Assembly (NCBI GenBank): GCA_035692005.1
Contig: DASSII010000102.1
Span: 135 to 64,134, forward strand
Source: Candidatus Limnocylindrales bacterium
GTDB lineage: Bacteria > Chloroflexota > Limnocylindria > Limnocylindrales > CSP1-4
DNA: 64,000 nucleotides
Direction: 5' to 3'
Below, piece after piece: positions 11,390-23,287 of the stretch. Position 1 is the stretch's first letter. Every line of letters begins with the position of its first letter. The notes below the pieces were generated by a model, which was not told the origin of the DNA, ran no database searches, and saw only the letters and a list, made by a program, of their open reading frames with translations. The translations under genes were made by a program, and so were the position numbers.

Positions 11390-12328
11390 TTAGATGACTG
11401 CCAGCTCTAGCCGCGTCGACGTCAACTGCTTTGCCGCGGTGCGATGGCCGGCCAGCGCCGCTCGCTGGAGTGACGCTGCCAGCGGCCGGCCGGCGGCCCT
11501 GGCGGTGAACCAGCCGAAGAGGAAGCCGGCATCGAACGCGTCGCCCGCGCCGGTCGTGTCCGTGGCTGTCAGGCGTTCCGTCGCGACCTCGAAGCGGAGC
11601 CGCGCATCGGCGTCGCGAGCGAGCAGGGTCGCGCCCTTCGCGCCGCGTTTCACCACGGCCATCGGCGCCAGCTCGAGGAGGCCCTCGACCGCGTAGCGAC
11701 CGAGCAGTCCTTCGGCTTCCGACGCCGTCGCCAGCAGCAGGTCGGGCGCGATGTCCGCCACCAGCGTGCGGGCAGCCCGACGGCCCTTGGCAAGCAGTGG
11801 TCCGATCGACGCGAGATCGACGCTGACCATGGCGTGGGCCTCGCGCGCCAGCTCGATGGCTCGTCGGCCGGCCTGCCCGAGCGGTTCGCCGAGCAGCGAG
11901 TAGATCGGAACGTGCAGCGCATCGGCCCCGACGAACCACGCCGCCTTGAGGTCCCCCGGAGCGAGGAGGTCGGCCGCACTCCGGTCGGCCACGAACGAGC
12001 GCTCCCCGTCGGGCGCGACCAGGACGCCGATCCGCCCGGTCCGAGCGCCGGCCACCCGGCTGACGTGGCTGACGACGCCATCGCTCCGCACGGCATCGAC
12101 CAGCGCCCGTCCCGCCGGGTCCCGACCGACCGCGGCGATGAGCGTCGTCCGGGCACCGAGCCGCCCCAGCCAGCGCGCCGTGTTCGCCGCCGATCCGCCC
12201 TGGACCAGGGAGACGCGGCCGGCCACGTCGGTCCCATGCTCGAGCGGGCGGTCCGGGGCGAGGACCACGTCGAGCATGAGGTCGCCCAACACGACGATCC
12301 GGGGGCGATGCGGGCGAAGGGTCGGCAT
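11390..12328 (-). CDS. PfkB/ribokinase family carbohydrate kinase
   Basis: [30 protein letters not shown] motifs. Confidence 0.9.
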   Translation of the reverse strand: MPTLRPHRPRIVVLGDLMLDVVLAPDRPLEHGTDVAGRVSLVQGGSAANTARWLGRLGARTTLIAAVGRDPAGRALVDAVRSDGVVSHVSRVAGARTGRIGVLVAPDGERSFVADRSAADLLAPGDLKAAWFVGADALHVPIYSLLGEPLGQAGRRAIELAREAHAMVSVDLASIGPLLAKGRRAARTLVADIAPDLLLATASEAEGLLGRYAVEGLLELAPMAVVKRGAKGATLLARDADARLRFEVATERLTATDTTGAGDAFDAGFLFGWFTARAAGRPLAASLQRAALAGHRTAAKQLTSTRLELAVI

Positions 12329-12371
12329 CGGACCCCGAGGATACAGCCGGCGCGCGACCTACAATGGCACG

Positions 12372-14528
12372 ATGACCGCCGTGACGCCGGACCTCGACCG
12401 CCTCGCCATCGACACCATCCGCACGCTGTCGATCGACGCCGTGCAGCAGGCGAACTCGGGGCATCCGGGCGCCCCGATGGGTGCCGCGCCGATGGCCTAC
12501 ACGCTCTGGACGCGCTTCCTGCGCCACGCACCGAGCCACCCGGATTGGCCGGATCGTGACCGATTCGTGCTGTCCGCCGGGCACGCCAGCATGCTCCTGT
12601 ACTCGCTCCTCCACCTGACCGGCTACGACCTGTCGCTGGACGACCTCAAGGCCTTCCGCCAGTGGGACTCGCGGACACCGGGGCACCCCGAGTACGGGCT
12701 CACGCCGGGTGTCGAGGCGACGACCGGTCCGCTCGGCCAGGGGTTCACCAACGCGGTCGGCATGGCCATCGCGGAACGGCGGTTGGCGGCGGAGTTCAAT
12801 CGCGACGGCCATCCGGTCATCGATCACTGGACGTACGTCATCGCGTCCGACGGCGACCTCCAGGAGGGCATCAGCTCGGAGGCGGCATCACTGGCCGGTC
12901 ATCTGCGGCTGTCGAAGCTCGTCGTGCTCTACGACGACAACGGCATCCAGCTCGACGGGCCGACCGCGATGGCCTGGTCCGAAGATGTTCCCAAGCGGTT
13001 CGAGGCGTATGGCTGGCACGCCCAGCGCGTCACCGACGGCAACGACATCGAGGCGATCGCGACCGCGATCGAGGTGGCCCGCGCCGACGACCGGCCGAGC
13101 CTCATCGCGGTCCGGACGCACATCGGCTTCGGCAGCCCGAACAAGCAGGACTCGCAGAAAGCGCACGGTGCCCCGCTCGGCCCCGACGAGGTCCGCCTGA
13201 CCAAGGAAGCGTACGGCTGGGATCCGGACAAGACCTTCTTCATCCCCGACGACGCCCTGGCGCTGTTCCGGGAGGCGGTCGGGAGCGGCGAGCAGCTCGT
13301 TGCGGAGTGGGAGACCCGGTTGCAGCGCTTCGGCGGGTCGTACCCGGATCTCGCCGACGAGCTGCGACGGCGGCTCGATGGCCGGCTGGCCCGCGATTGG
13401 GATGCCGGGCTCAAGACCTACGAGACCGGGACCGAGGTGGCCACCCGGAACGCCTCCCAGGACGCGATCCAGGCCCTGGCCGGGCCGGTCCCCGAGCTGT
13501 TCGGCGGCGCCGCGGACCTGTCCGAGTCCAACCTGACCGATGTCAAGGGCGAGCCGAACTTCAGCGCCGAAGAGGCGGGCCGAAACCTGCGGTTCGGTGT
13601 CCGCGAGCATGCGATGGGCGGCATCGCCAACGGGATCGCCTACCACGGCGGATTCATCCCGTACGACGCCACGTTCCTGACCTTCAGCGACTACATGCGC
13701 GGAGCCGTGCGCCTGTCGGCGCTCGCCGGCCTGCACGTCATCGATGTCTGGACCCACGATTCGGTCGGCCTCGGCGAGGACGGTCCGACGCACCAGCCGG
13801 TCGAGCACTACGCCGCCCTGCGGGCGATCCCGAACCTGTGGTTCGTGCGTCCCGGCGATGCCAACGAGACCGCCGCGGCCTGGGCGCTCGCGATCGAGCG
13901 TCGCGATGGGCCGGTGGCGTTGGCGCTCACCCGCCAGAAGCTCCCCGTGCTGGCCGGTACGGACGAGCGAGCGCGGGAGGGGGTGTCACGCGGTGGGTAC
14001 ATCCTGCGCGAGGCGAACGGCGGGCCGGCGGCGACCCAGCTCATCATGGTCGCGACCGGTTCGGAGCTCCAGCTGGCCTTCGCGGCGGCCGGGATGCTCG
14101 AGGCGGACGGCATCCCGACGCGGGTCGTGTCGCTTCCCTGCTGGGAGCGGTTCGAGGGGCAGGACCAGGCATATCGCGACGCGGTGCTGCCACCGGCCGT
14201 CCACAAGCGGGTCAGCGTCGAGATCGGCGTGTCGCTCGGTTGGGAGCGCTGGGTCGGCGACGAGGGCGCGATCATCGGGCTCGATCACTTCGGCGCGTCC
14301 GCGCCGGCCGGCACCATCTTCGAGCACTTCGGCTTCACGGCCGACCGCGTCGCCGATATCGGGCGACGGGTCGTGCGCGACGGGCTGCGCGGCCGCATCC
14401 CCACGCTCGACGGCGGCCACTTCGGTCAGGCCACGAAGGGGGAGGGCTCGGCGGGGGGCCATCCGACGCTGCCAGCGGGCGATCCGGGCGTCGACCGGAC
14501 CGAGGCCAGCGACCCTGGCCACAGCTGA
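12372..14528 (+). CDS. tkt: Transketolase
   Basis: [64 protein letters not shown]; TACAAT 6 nt upstream of ATG. Confidence 0.97.
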   Translation: MTAVTPDLDRLAIDTIRTLSIDAVQQANSGHPGAPMGAAPMAYTLWTRFLRHAPSHPDWPDRDRFVLSAGHASMLLYSLLHLTGYDLSLDDLKAFRQWDSRTPGHPEYGLTPGVEATTGPLGQGFTNAVGMAIAERRLAAEFNRDGHPVIDHWTYVIASDGDLQEGISSEAASLAGHLRLSKLVVLYDDNGIQLDGPTAMAWSEDVPKRFEAYGWHAQRVTDGNDIEAIATAIEVARADDRPSLIAVRTHIGFGSPNKQDSQKAHGAPLGPDEVRLTKEAYGWDPDKTFFIPDDALALFREAVGSGEQLVAEWETRLQRFGGSYPDLADELRRRLDGRLARDWDAGLKTYETGTEVATRNASQDAIQALAGPVPELFGGAADLSESNLTDVKGEPNFSAEEAGRNLRFGVREHAMGGIANGIAYHGGFIPYDATFLTFSDYMRGAVRLSALAGLHVIDVWTHDSVGLGEDGPTHQPVEHYAALRAIPNLWFVRPGDANETAAAWALAIERRDGPVALALTRQKLPVLAGTDERAREGVSRGGYILREANGGPAATQLIMVATGSELQLAFAAAGMLEADGIPTRVVSLPCWERFEGQDQAYRDAVLPPAVHKRVSVEIGVSLGWERWVGDEGAIIGLDHFGASAPAGTIFEHFGFTADRVADIGRRVVRDGLRGRIPTLDGGHFGQATKGEGSAGGHPTLPAGDPGVDRTEASDPGHS

Positions 14529-14587
14529 GCGTCGCGCGGACCCCTGCGCGAGGCGTACGGGACGAACTGGTGAAGGGAAGGCCCTCG

Positions 14588-15082
14588 ATGCGAATCGCGT
14601 TCGCCGCAGACCACGCTGGAGCCGTGCTCAAGGACGACCTCCTGCGACGGCTGGCAGCCGCCGAGTCACGCCACGCCTTCGTTGACCTCGGTGGCGATGG
14701 CTCGGACCCCGATGACGACTATCCCGACTTCGCCGAGCGGCTCGGCCGGGCGATCCAGCGCGGTGATGCCGACCGCGGCATCCTCATCTGCGGCTCCGGG
14801 GTCGGGGCCAGCGTGGCCGCCAACAAGATGCGTGGCATCCGCTCGGCGGTGTGCCACGACACGTACTCTGCGCACCAGGGCGTGGAGCACGACGACATGA
14901 ACGTGCTGACGCTGGGCGCCCGGGTCATCGGGCCGGAGCCGGCCTACGAATGCGCGGTGGCCTTCCTGGCGGCGACCTTCAGCGGCGAGCCCCGCCACGA
15001 GCGACGCCTGGCAAAGGTGCTGGCCATCGAGTCCGCCGAGGGCCGCGAGGCCCCCGAGGCCGCCGCGTCCACTGACACCTAG
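14588..15082 (+). CDS. rpiB: Ribose-5-phosphate isomerase B
   Basis: ADHAG, DYPD, CGSGVG, AANK, HDDMNVL, RHERRL motifs. Confidence 0.93.
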   Translation: MRIAFAADHAGAVLKDDLLRRLAAAESRHAFVDLGGDGSDPDDDYPDFAERLGRAIQRGDADRGILICGSGVGASVAANKMRGIRSAVCHDTYSAHQGVEHDDMNVLTLGARVIGPEPAYECAVAFLAATFSGEPRHERRLAKVLAIESAEGREAPEAAASTDT

Positions 15083-16272
15083 CCGCCGGACTCCGGCTCG
15101 GCGGCGACCAGGATCCGCCCGATCGTCGAGCCATCCTCGAGGTCCTCGGTGCCCACCGCGACGATGACGTCACCGTCGACCGCGGCGTCGACGACCGCGA
15201 CGGTGCCCTCCCCCGGTTCCGGCAGCGGGGTCCAGATCCAGCCGTCGGGGCTGGACCACGCGCTCGCGCCGTCGATGGCGAGGAACCCGTGCTCGCCCGC
15301 CGGGACGATGACGCTGCCGCCGTTGGCCGCCGGCGAGTCGTCGGGCAGGCGACCCCACGAGGCGCCGTCGGCCGACCACCACGCGACGGACCGCCCAGCG
15401 CATGCCGCCAGCGATCCGCAATCGGCGGCGACCAGGCCCTGGACGATCGAGCCCCAGCGCCCGATCGCGAGCTCGTAGCCCTGGGTCTCGGACTGGACAT
15501 CGACCGGGCTGGCCTGCCAGCGGATGCCGTCAGGCGACCGTTGCACGATCGGCGGGTGGACGCTCGATCCGAGGGCCGCGAACCCCGCGGCGGTGGCGAC
15601 CGGATCGACGATGCCCTCGATGGCGCTGCCGTCGAGGGTGACCCGCTCGAACGCCCGGCCGTCGGCCGACACCCAGGCCGCGGCGCCGCCATCGCTCGCA
15701 TCCCCAGTGGCCAGGAACCCGCGAGCGGAGGCGGTGAGGGACTCGGGGAACGCCTCGGTCGTGCCGGCGGCCGCGGGGAGACGCCCCCACACCCGTCCGT
15801 CCTCGGACCGCAGGAACACGGCCATCGGCGTGTCGCGCGCGGGACCACCGTCGACGACGCCGAGCGCGACGTACGCCGCACCCGACACGTCCGACGGACC
15901 CGGTGACGCCACCGCGACCAGCTCGACGCCGGCCAGCGCTGTCGCCGGGCCGACCTGGGACCACGTCGCCCCGTCCGGTGAGAACCAGATCTCGCCGTTG
16001 CGGGTCCCGTCGACCTCCCGATAGCCGACGGCGACGAACCCGGTCGTCCCTGCGCTGACCGCCACGACCCGTTCCGCCTCGACCCCGACCGGGATCGGCG
16101 GCAGCGAGGCGTTCGTCCAGGCGACGTCCCCCCACGGCTTCGCGCCGGCGGGCAGTGGCGGTGGCGTCAGCGTCGGCGACGGTGCGGGCGTCACGGTCAG
16201 GGTCGGCGTGCAGGCCGACGCCACGAGCGCGACGGTCAGCGCCACGACCCGCGTGATCGATCTCCCCGGCAT
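15079..16272 (-). CDS. Hypothetical lipoprotein with Pro/Thr linker and W/SxDG (BNR-like) repeats
   Basis: Lipobox-like VASAC after a hydrophobic stretch; repeated WFSPDG, RSEDG, WVSADG, RSPDG, WWSADG, WSSPDG. Confidence 0.75.
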   Translation of the reverse strand: MPGRSITRVVALTVALVASACTPTLTVTPAPSPTLTPPPLPAGAKPWGDVAWTNASLPPIPVGVEAERVVAVSAGTTGFVAVGYREVDGTRNGEIWFSPDGATWSQVGPATALAGVELVAVASPGPSDVSGAAYVALGVVDGGPARDTPMAVFLRSEDGRVWGRLPAAAGTTEAFPESLTASARGFLATGDASDGGAAAWVSADGRAFERVTLDGSAIEGIVDPVATAAGFAALGSSVHPPIVQRSPDGIRWQASPVDVQSETQGYELAIGRWGSIVQGLVAADCGSLAACAGRSVAWWSADGASWGRLPDDSPAANGGSVIVPAGEHGFLAIDGASAWSSPDGWIWTPLPEPGEGTVAVVDAAVDGDVIVAVGTEDLEDGSTIGRILVAAEPESGG

Positions 16273-16352
16273 CGGTGCAGTGTGCCGCACGCTCCGCTGC
16301 GGCGGGAGGCGTCGTACCATGGCGTCCCCGGACCCATCCCTCGGAGGCCACG

Positions 16353-18071
16353 ATGACCGATCCCGGCTCGTCCGGCGCCCGCGCCGCATCGATCGCGCCG
16401 GGCGACGGCGCAGCGGCGTACGCGGCGGCCCTCGACGAGGCGCGTCGACACGAATGGGCGAACCGGCTGTTCGATCGGGACGTGTCGCTGTGGACCACCG
16501 ATCCCGACGTCGCCGAAGCGGTCGCCGGGCGGCTCGGTTGGCTGGATGCACCGGCCCACTTCGCCGATCGGATCCCGGCGCTCGAGGGCTTCGGCGACGG
16601 CATCGTCGAAGCGGGCTTCACGACCGCCGTCGTCGCCGGCATGGGTGGCAGCAGCCTCGCGCCCGACGTGCTGCACCGGACCTTCGGGACGCAGGCTGGC
16701 TACCTCGACCTGCGCGTCCTCGATTCGACCGATCCCGAGGCGGTGCGGGCCGTGCTCGACGACCTCGACCCGCTGCGCAGCCTGGTCATCGTCGCCAGCA
16801 AGTCGGGCACGACGACCGAGCCGAACGCGTTCCTCGCCGCGGCCTGGGAGCGGGCCCACAGCGCGCTCGATGCCCGCGACCATCACGCCTTCGAGACCCC
16901 CGGTGCGGTCATCACCGCGATCACCGACCCAGGCCGCAGCCTCGAGGCGATCCCCCATCACGATGCCTTCCGCGAAGTCTTCCTCAATCCGCCCGATATC
17001 GGCGGGCGGTACAGCGCGCTCACCTACGTCGGGCTCGTGCCGGCCAGCCTCATCGGACTGGACCTCGATGCGCTGCTGGCGAGCGCCTTGACGATGCTCG
17101 GGGCGTGCCGCGAACCCGACCCCGCGGATAACCCGGGGGTCGCCCTGGGCGTCGCCCTCGGCACCCTCGCCCGGTCGGGGCGTGACAAGCTCACGTTCCT
17201 GCCCGATGACGAGATCGCCGCCTTCGGGGCCTGGGCCGAGCAGCTCATCGCCGAGAGCACGGGCAAGCATGGGGTCGGCATCGTGCCGGTCGATGGCGAG
17301 CCGCTCGGTGCGGTCGGCGCGTACGGTCCGGACCGGGCGTTCGTGCGACTCGCGCTCGACGGTGGCACCGACGGCGGTCGGGCGGCACTCGCCGACGCCC
17401 TCGAAGCGGCGGGCCATCCGGTGATCCGCATCGCCCTCGCCGACCCGATCGACCTGGGCGGCGAATTCGTGCGCTGGGAGGTCGCGACCGCGATCGCCGG
17501 GGCGGTGCTCGGGATCGACCCGTTCGATCAGCCCAACGTCGAGGAGGCCAAGCAGCTGACCCGCGACCTGCTGGCCAGCGCCGAGCGGGGCGACCCCGCG
17601 GTCGACACGACCACCCCGGTCCGTTTCGACGACCCCGACCTCGCGGCTACCGTGCGCACCCACCTCGCCCGGCGCGTCCCGAACGCCTATCTGGCGCTCC
17701 AGGCATTCATCGCCCCGACGCCGGAGCGCGACGCTGCCTTCAGCCGGATCCGGGCGCGCCTGCGCGACGCGACGCGCAACGCCACGACGGCCGGCTACGG
17801 ACCACGCTTCCTGCATTCGACCGGACAGCTGCACAAGGGCGGCGCGCCCATCGGCTGGTTCATCCAGCTCACGTCGGATCATCCGGCGGACCGTGACATC
17901 CCGGGCTGGCCGTACACGTTCGGGCAGCTGATCGACGCCCAGGCTGCGGGCGATCTCGCCGCCATCGCCGGCCATGACCTGCCGATCCTGCGCGTGCATC
18001 TCGGGGCCGATCCGGACGCCGGGCTGGCGGCGCTCGAGCGCGCGCTCGATGGCGCACTGGCCCCCACCTGA
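16353..18071 (+). CDS. pgi: Glucose-6-phosphate isomerase (homologous to the PGI half of bifunctional Tal-Pgi)
   Basis: LGWLD, GMGGSSL, SKSGTTTE, IGGRYSAL, EQLIAESTGK, PFDQPNVEEAK, GPRFLHSTGQLHKGG. Confidence 0.88.
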   Translation: MTDPGSSGARAASIAPGDGAAAYAAALDEARRHEWANRLFDRDVSLWTTDPDVAEAVAGRLGWLDAPAHFADRIPALEGFGDGIVEAGFTTAVVAGMGGSSLAPDVLHRTFGTQAGYLDLRVLDSTDPEAVRAVLDDLDPLRSLVIVASKSGTTTEPNAFLAAAWERAHSALDARDHHAFETPGAVITAITDPGRSLEAIPHHDAFREVFLNPPDIGGRYSALTYVGLVPASLIGLDLDALLASALTMLGACREPDPADNPGVALGVALGTLARSGRDKLTFLPDDEIAAFGAWAEQLIAESTGKHGVGIVPVDGEPLGAVGAYGPDRAFVRLALDGGTDGGRAALADALEAAGHPVIRIALADPIDLGGEFVRWEVATAIAGAVLGIDPFDQPNVEEAKQLTRDLLASAERGDPAVDTTTPVRFDDPDLAATVRTHLARRVPNAYLALQAFIAPTPERDAAFSRIRARLRDATRNATTAGYGPRFLHSTGQLHKGGAPIGWFIQLTSDHPADRDIPGWPYTFGQLIDAQAAGDLAAIAGHDLPILRVHLGADPDAGLAALERALDGALAPT

Positions 18072-18110
18072 CCCCACCACATCGACCAATCCCAGGGAGG
18101 ATCGATCCAC

Positions 18111-19016
<906 letters not shown>

Positions 19017-19023
19017 CACGACC

Positions 19024-20733
19024 GTGGCGGGCACGCGCGCCAAGGACGGAGCGAGGGTCCGCGCCAGGGTCAAGGACCCGGCCCCGATCGACGCGCCCCC
19101 CGATCAGCCCATCCCCGCCCAGCCGGCGCCTCGGACCAAGGACGTGCCGCGGACGATGAAGGCACTCCGGGAGGCCCGTCGCGGAAAGCGCCCACCGAAA
19201 GCCAAGCCGGTCGAGAACCTGCTGCGCGAGGGCCTGCGCCTGGAGCGCGTGCCCGATCCGTCGGTCCTCGTGCTGTTCGGGGCGACCGGTGACCTTGCCC
19301 ATCGCAAGGTCATGCCCGCGCTCTACCAGCTGTGGCGGACGAACCTGCTGCCACAGGAGTTCATCCTCCTCGCCGTCGGCCGGCGTCCGTACGACGACGA
19401 CGCGTTCAGAGCCGAGATCCGGACCTCGCTCGAGGAATACAGCCGTGTCCTGCCGCTCGACGACACGGCATGGGATACGTTCAGCGAGCGGATCCGCTAC
19501 CAGCGTTGCGACTTCTCCGATCCAGCCGGCTTCGACGCCCTCGTCGGGGTGCTCGACGACCTCGATGCGCACGAGGGGACGCGCGGCAACCGGCTGTTCT
19601 ATCTCGCGACCCAACCGTCGCAGTTCGCCGAGATCGTCGCCGAGCTCGGCCGCGTCGGGCTCGATCATGAGACGCACGACGGCGGCTGGCGACGGATCGT
19701 CATCGAGAAGCCGTTCGGCCACGACCTCGACTCGGCGAAGCGGCTCAACCGCGAGGTCGGCAAGGTCTTCCGCGAGTCGCAGGTCTACCGGATCGATCAC
19801 TACCTGGGCAAGGAGACCGTCCGCAATCTGATGGTCTTCCGGTTCGGCAACACGATCTTCGAGCCGCTCTGGAATCGGCGCTACGTGGACCACGTCCAGA
19901 TCACCGTGGCCGAGTCCATCGGCATCGAGAACCGCGGCGCGTTCTACGAGGAGACCGGGGCGTCACGTGACGTCCTGCAGAACCACATGCTCCAGCTGGT
20001 GAGCCTCGTGGCGATGGAGCCACCGGCCACGTTCGAGGCCGATGCCCTGCGCGACGAGAAGGTCAAGGTCCTGCGCGCCATGGGCACCCGGCCGGCCGAC
20101 CCGGCGGTCGACATCGTGCGCGGCCAGTACGGCCCCGGCTGGGTGGCCGCCACAGCGGTCCCCGGCTACCGCGAGGAGCCGGACGTCGATCCCGCGTCGG
20201 AGACGGAGACCTTCGTCGCGTCCCGATTCAGCATCGACGACTGGCGCTGGTCGGGCGTGCCCTTCTACGTGCGGACCGGCAAGCGCCTGCCGAAGCGGTC
20301 GACCGAGATCGCCATCCAGTTCCGGGCGGTGCCCCACCACCTGTTCCGCGACACGGGCGCCGAGCCCGACGCCAACCTGCTGGCCATCCGCATCCAGCCC
20401 GACGAGGGCATCATGCTGCGCTTCGGAGCGAAGGTCCCGGGGCTCGGCCTGGATGTCCGCTCGGTCACGATGGATTTCACGTACGGGTCCGCGTTCAGCG
20501 TCGACTCGCCCGACGCGTACGAGACGCTCATCCTCGACGCCCTCCAGGGCGACGCATCGCTGTTCACCCGCGCCGATGAAGTCGAGGAGGCGTGGAGCCT
20601 GGTCGACCCGATCGTGGAGGCGTGGGCCGAGATGGATGCCCCGAGCTTCCCGAACTACGCCGCCGGCACCTGGGGTCCACCCGAGGCCGACGAGCTCCTC
20701 GCCCGCGACGGCCGTCGCTGGCGACGGATCTGA
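19024..20733 (+). CDS. zwf: Glucose-6-phosphate 1-dehydrogenase
   Basis: FGATGDLA, EKPFGHD, RIDHYLGKE, DVLQNH, RTGKRL, DAYETL; about 60-aa basic N-terminal extension. Confidence 0.96.
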   Translation: MAGTRAKDGARVRARVKDPAPIDAPPDQPIPAQPAPRTKDVPRTMKALREARRGKRPPKAKPVENLLREGLRLERVPDPSVLVLFGATGDLAHRKVMPALYQLWRTNLLPQEFILLAVGRRPYDDDAFRAEIRTSLEEYSRVLPLDDTAWDTFSERIRYQRCDFSDPAGFDALVGVLDDLDAHEGTRGNRLFYLATQPSQFAEIVAELGRVGLDHETHDGGWRRIVIEKPFGHDLDSAKRLNREVGKVFRESQVYRIDHYLGKETVRNLMVFRFGNTIFEPLWNRRYVDHVQITVAESIGIENRGAFYEETGASRDVLQNHMLQLVSLVAMEPPATFEADALRDEKVKVLRAMGTRPADPAVDIVRGQYGPGWVAATAVPGYREEPDVDPASETETFVASRFSIDDWRWSGVPFYVRTGKRLPKRSTEIAIQFRAVPHHLFRDTGAEPDANLLAIRIQPDEGIMLRFGAKVPGLGLDVRSVTMDFTYGSAFSVDSPDAYETLILDALQGDASLFTRADEVEEAWSLVDPIVEAWAEMDAPSFPNYAAGTWGPPEADELLARDGRRWRRI

Positions 20734-20750
20734 ACGGACGGCCGAACGCG

Positions 20751-22010
20751 ATGTCGACCCCGTCCACCGCCGCCATTGCCCCGCTCGACCCCGAGCCGGT
20801 GCTGCGCTGGTCGGCCCGGGCGACCACCATCGCCGACATCGAGAAGGAACTCGGACGGATCTGGGCCAAGCAGGACCTGACCGCCGACATGGACGGGACG
20901 CCTGGGCGCCACATCGCCGCGCGCTCGAGCGTGATGAACCTGGTGGTCATCGCCCGACGCCCAGAGGTCGCGATCCGCGGCGCGGCGACCATCCAGGCCC
21001 TCACCGGGCGGCATCCGTCACGGACCATCGTCGTCCAGTCGGCCGATCCCGACGGCCCATCGTGGATCGATGCGCGAGTGGAGGCGCACTGCATCCTGCC
21101 CCACGAGGACGCCCCCGAGACGTGCGCCGAGACGATCCACGTGACCGCCGGCGGGGAGGCCGGGCGCCATCTCACGGCCATCGTCACGCCGCTCATCATC
21201 CACGACCTGCCGGTCACCATCTGGTGGCCCAACGAGCCACCCTTCACCTCGCGCGCCGCGATCGACCTGTTCGACGCCGCCGATCGCCTCGTCGTCGACG
21301 GCTCGAGCTGGAGCGGCGATGGGCTCGAGCGCCTCCAGCAACTGGCCCGGCTTGCCGACCTGTCGGCCATCGCCATCAGCGACTTCGCGCTGATGCGCCA
21401 GTCGCGCTGGCGCGAGGCCATCGCGGCCATCTTCGACGATCCGGACTTCCTGCCCTATCTGCGATCGATCCGGCGGATCGCGGTGACCTACGCCACGCAT
21501 GACAGCAGTGACGGCGAGGCGAACATCGTCAAGCCCCTGTATCACGTGGCCTGGCTGGCCTCCCGACTCGACTGGTCGGTGGCCAAGCCGCTCCACGCCG
21601 TCAGCGGCGCTGGCCAGGCGGCCCGGGCGCCGGCCGGGGTCCAGCGAGCCGCACCCGGGACGCGGCCGCTCGTTGGTCGGGGCGTGGCGGCGACGATGTC
21701 CGACGGGCGCGCCGATATCGCCGTGTCGATCCGGCCGGTGGTGTCGACCCTGGCGTCCGGCACGACGCTGCGGGTCGAGCTGCTCGCGGAGCGGCGCGGA
21801 TCCGAGTTGCGCGCGGACGTGACCGCCGAAGCCGAGACCGTCCACGTGCGCGTCTGGCAGGACGGCGTCGAGGCGCTCGATCGGCGCTTCCTCGCCGCCC
21901 GCAAAGGCGAGGTCGAGCTGCTGGCCGAGGCCATCGAGACCGGCCGCGAGGACCCGGTCGGACAGGGTGCCTTGCGGGCCGCGGCCAGACTGATCGGAGG
22001 ACCGACATGA
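20751..22010 (+). CDS. opcA: OpcA family G6PDH assembly/allosteric protein
   Basis: Directly after zwf; HPSR, DLPV-x-x-WW, RLVVD, SDFALMRQSRWRE pattern. Confidence 0.85.
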   Translation: MSTPSTAAIAPLDPEPVLRWSARATTIADIEKELGRIWAKQDLTADMDGTPGRHIAARSSVMNLVVIARRPEVAIRGAATIQALTGRHPSRTIVVQSADPDGPSWIDARVEAHCILPHEDAPETCAETIHVTAGGEAGRHLTAIVTPLIIHDLPVTIWWPNEPPFTSRAAIDLFDAADRLVVDGSSWSGDGLERLQQLARLADLSAIAISDFALMRQSRWREAIAAIFDDPDFLPYLRSIRRIAVTYATHDSSDGEANIVKPLYHVAWLASRLDWSVAKPLHAVSGAGQAARAPAGVQRAAPGTRPLVGRGVAATMSDGRADIAVSIRPVVSTLASGTTLRVELLAERRGSELRADVTAEAETVHVRVWQDGVEALDRRFLAARKGEVELLAEAIETGREDPVGQGALRAAARLIGGPT

Positions 22011-22810
22011 GCGAGCCGGAGATCCTCGTCGTCGATGACCCTGCCGCCGCCGGAGCGGCCGCCGCGGGCCGCATCGCGACCGCACTGGAGCTCGCCGTCG
22101 ACACCCGCGAGCGCGCGGACTGGGCGACGACCGGTGGTTCGGCCAGCATCGGGATCTACCGCCAGCTGTCGACACCTCCGCTCCGATCGATGGTGCCGTG
22201 GGATCGTGTCCACACCTGGTGGGGCGACGACCGCTTCGTCCCGCGCGACCATCCCCTGTCCAACGTCAGCGCGTTCGATTCGATCATGCTCGACGCCGCC
22301 GACGGCGAGGAGGGGACCGCGTTCGACTCGATCCCGGGCCTGCGCATCCCGATCGACAACCTCCATCCGTTCCGGACGACCGGCGCGATCGGCGCGGGGG
22401 CTGACGCGGCGGCCTGCGCAGCCGAACTCGCCACTGAGCTGCACGACGCCGGGCTGGCCGAATCGAACGGCTGGCCGGTCCTCGATCTGATCCTGCTCGG
22501 CATCGGCTCGGACGGGCATGTGCTGTCGGTCTTTCCGGGGTCAGCCGCCTTCGATTCGGTCGATTGGGCGATGGCCATCCCGGCACCGACCCACATCGAG
22601 CCCCATGTCGAGCGGGTGACCCTCAACCCGGCGCTGCTCGGGGTCGCCCGGCAGATCATCGTCGTCGCCACCGGGACGGCCAAGGCCGCGATCATCGGTG
22701 ACGTCCTCGGCGACGCGCGGGATCCGCGGCGCTGGCCGGCCCAGCTTGCGCGACGCGCGCACGCGACATGGATCCTCGATCGTCCGGCGGCCGCGAACCT
22801 GCCCGGGTGA
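22007..22810 (+). CDS. pgl: 6-phosphogluconolactonase
   Basis: TGGS, WWGDDRFVP, DLILLGIG-x-DGHVLSVFP, RVTL, ATGTAKA. Confidence 0.92.
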   Translation: MSEPEILVVDDPAAAGAAAAGRIATALELAVDTRERADWATTGGSASIGIYRQLSTPPLRSMVPWDRVHTWWGDDRFVPRDHPLSNVSAFDSIMLDAADGEEGTAFDSIPGLRIPIDNLHPFRTTGAIGAGADAAACAAELATELHDAGLAESNGWPVLDLILLGIGSDGHVLSVFPGSAAFDSVDWAMAIPAPTHIEPHVERVTLNPALLGVARQIIVVATGTAKAAIIGDVLGDARDPRRWPAQLARRAHATWILDRPAAANLPG

Positions 22811-23286
22811 CGCCCCACGACAGCGCAGCCGACGGGCTCATCTTCCGGCGGGCCGGGCCTGATGACGCCGCCGCGATCGGCGACGTCTGGTTGACGTCCT
22901 GGCGTGCCACCTTCGCCTTCCCGCCGGGACATCCCGACGACGACGTCCGCCGCTGGCTGCGGGAGGAACTGGTGCCGCAGGCCGAGACGTGGGTCGCGAC
23001 CGATCCCGCCGAGGCGGGTCGGGTCGTCGGCATGATGGCCCTGTCGGCCACGATGATCGAGCAGCTGTATCTCGCCCCCGAGTGGGTCGGTCGTGGCGTC
23101 GGTCATCGGTTCGTGGAGCTGGCCAAGGAACGACGGCCGGCCGGCCTCGAGCTGTACTGCTTTCAGGCCAATCACCACGCCCGGACGTTCTATGAGGGCC
23201 AGGGCTTCGTCCCGGTGGCCTTCGGGGACGGGTCCGCCAACGAGGAACGACAGCCCGACATCCGTTTCGCGTGGCGGCCGGCCTGA
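22807..23286 (+). CDS. GNAT family N-acetyltransferase
   Basis: QLYLAPEWVGRGVG acetyl-CoA motif, ARTFYE; GTG overlaps the pgl stop. Confidence 0.85.
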   Translation: MTPHDSAADGLIFRRAGPDDAAAIGDVWLTSWRATFAFPPGHPDDDVRRWLREELVPQAETWVATDPAEAGRVVGMMALSATMIEQLYLAPEWVGRGVGHRFVELAKERRPAGLELYCFQANHHARTFYEGQGFVPVAFGDGSANEERQPDIRFAWRPA

Positions 23287-23287
23287 G

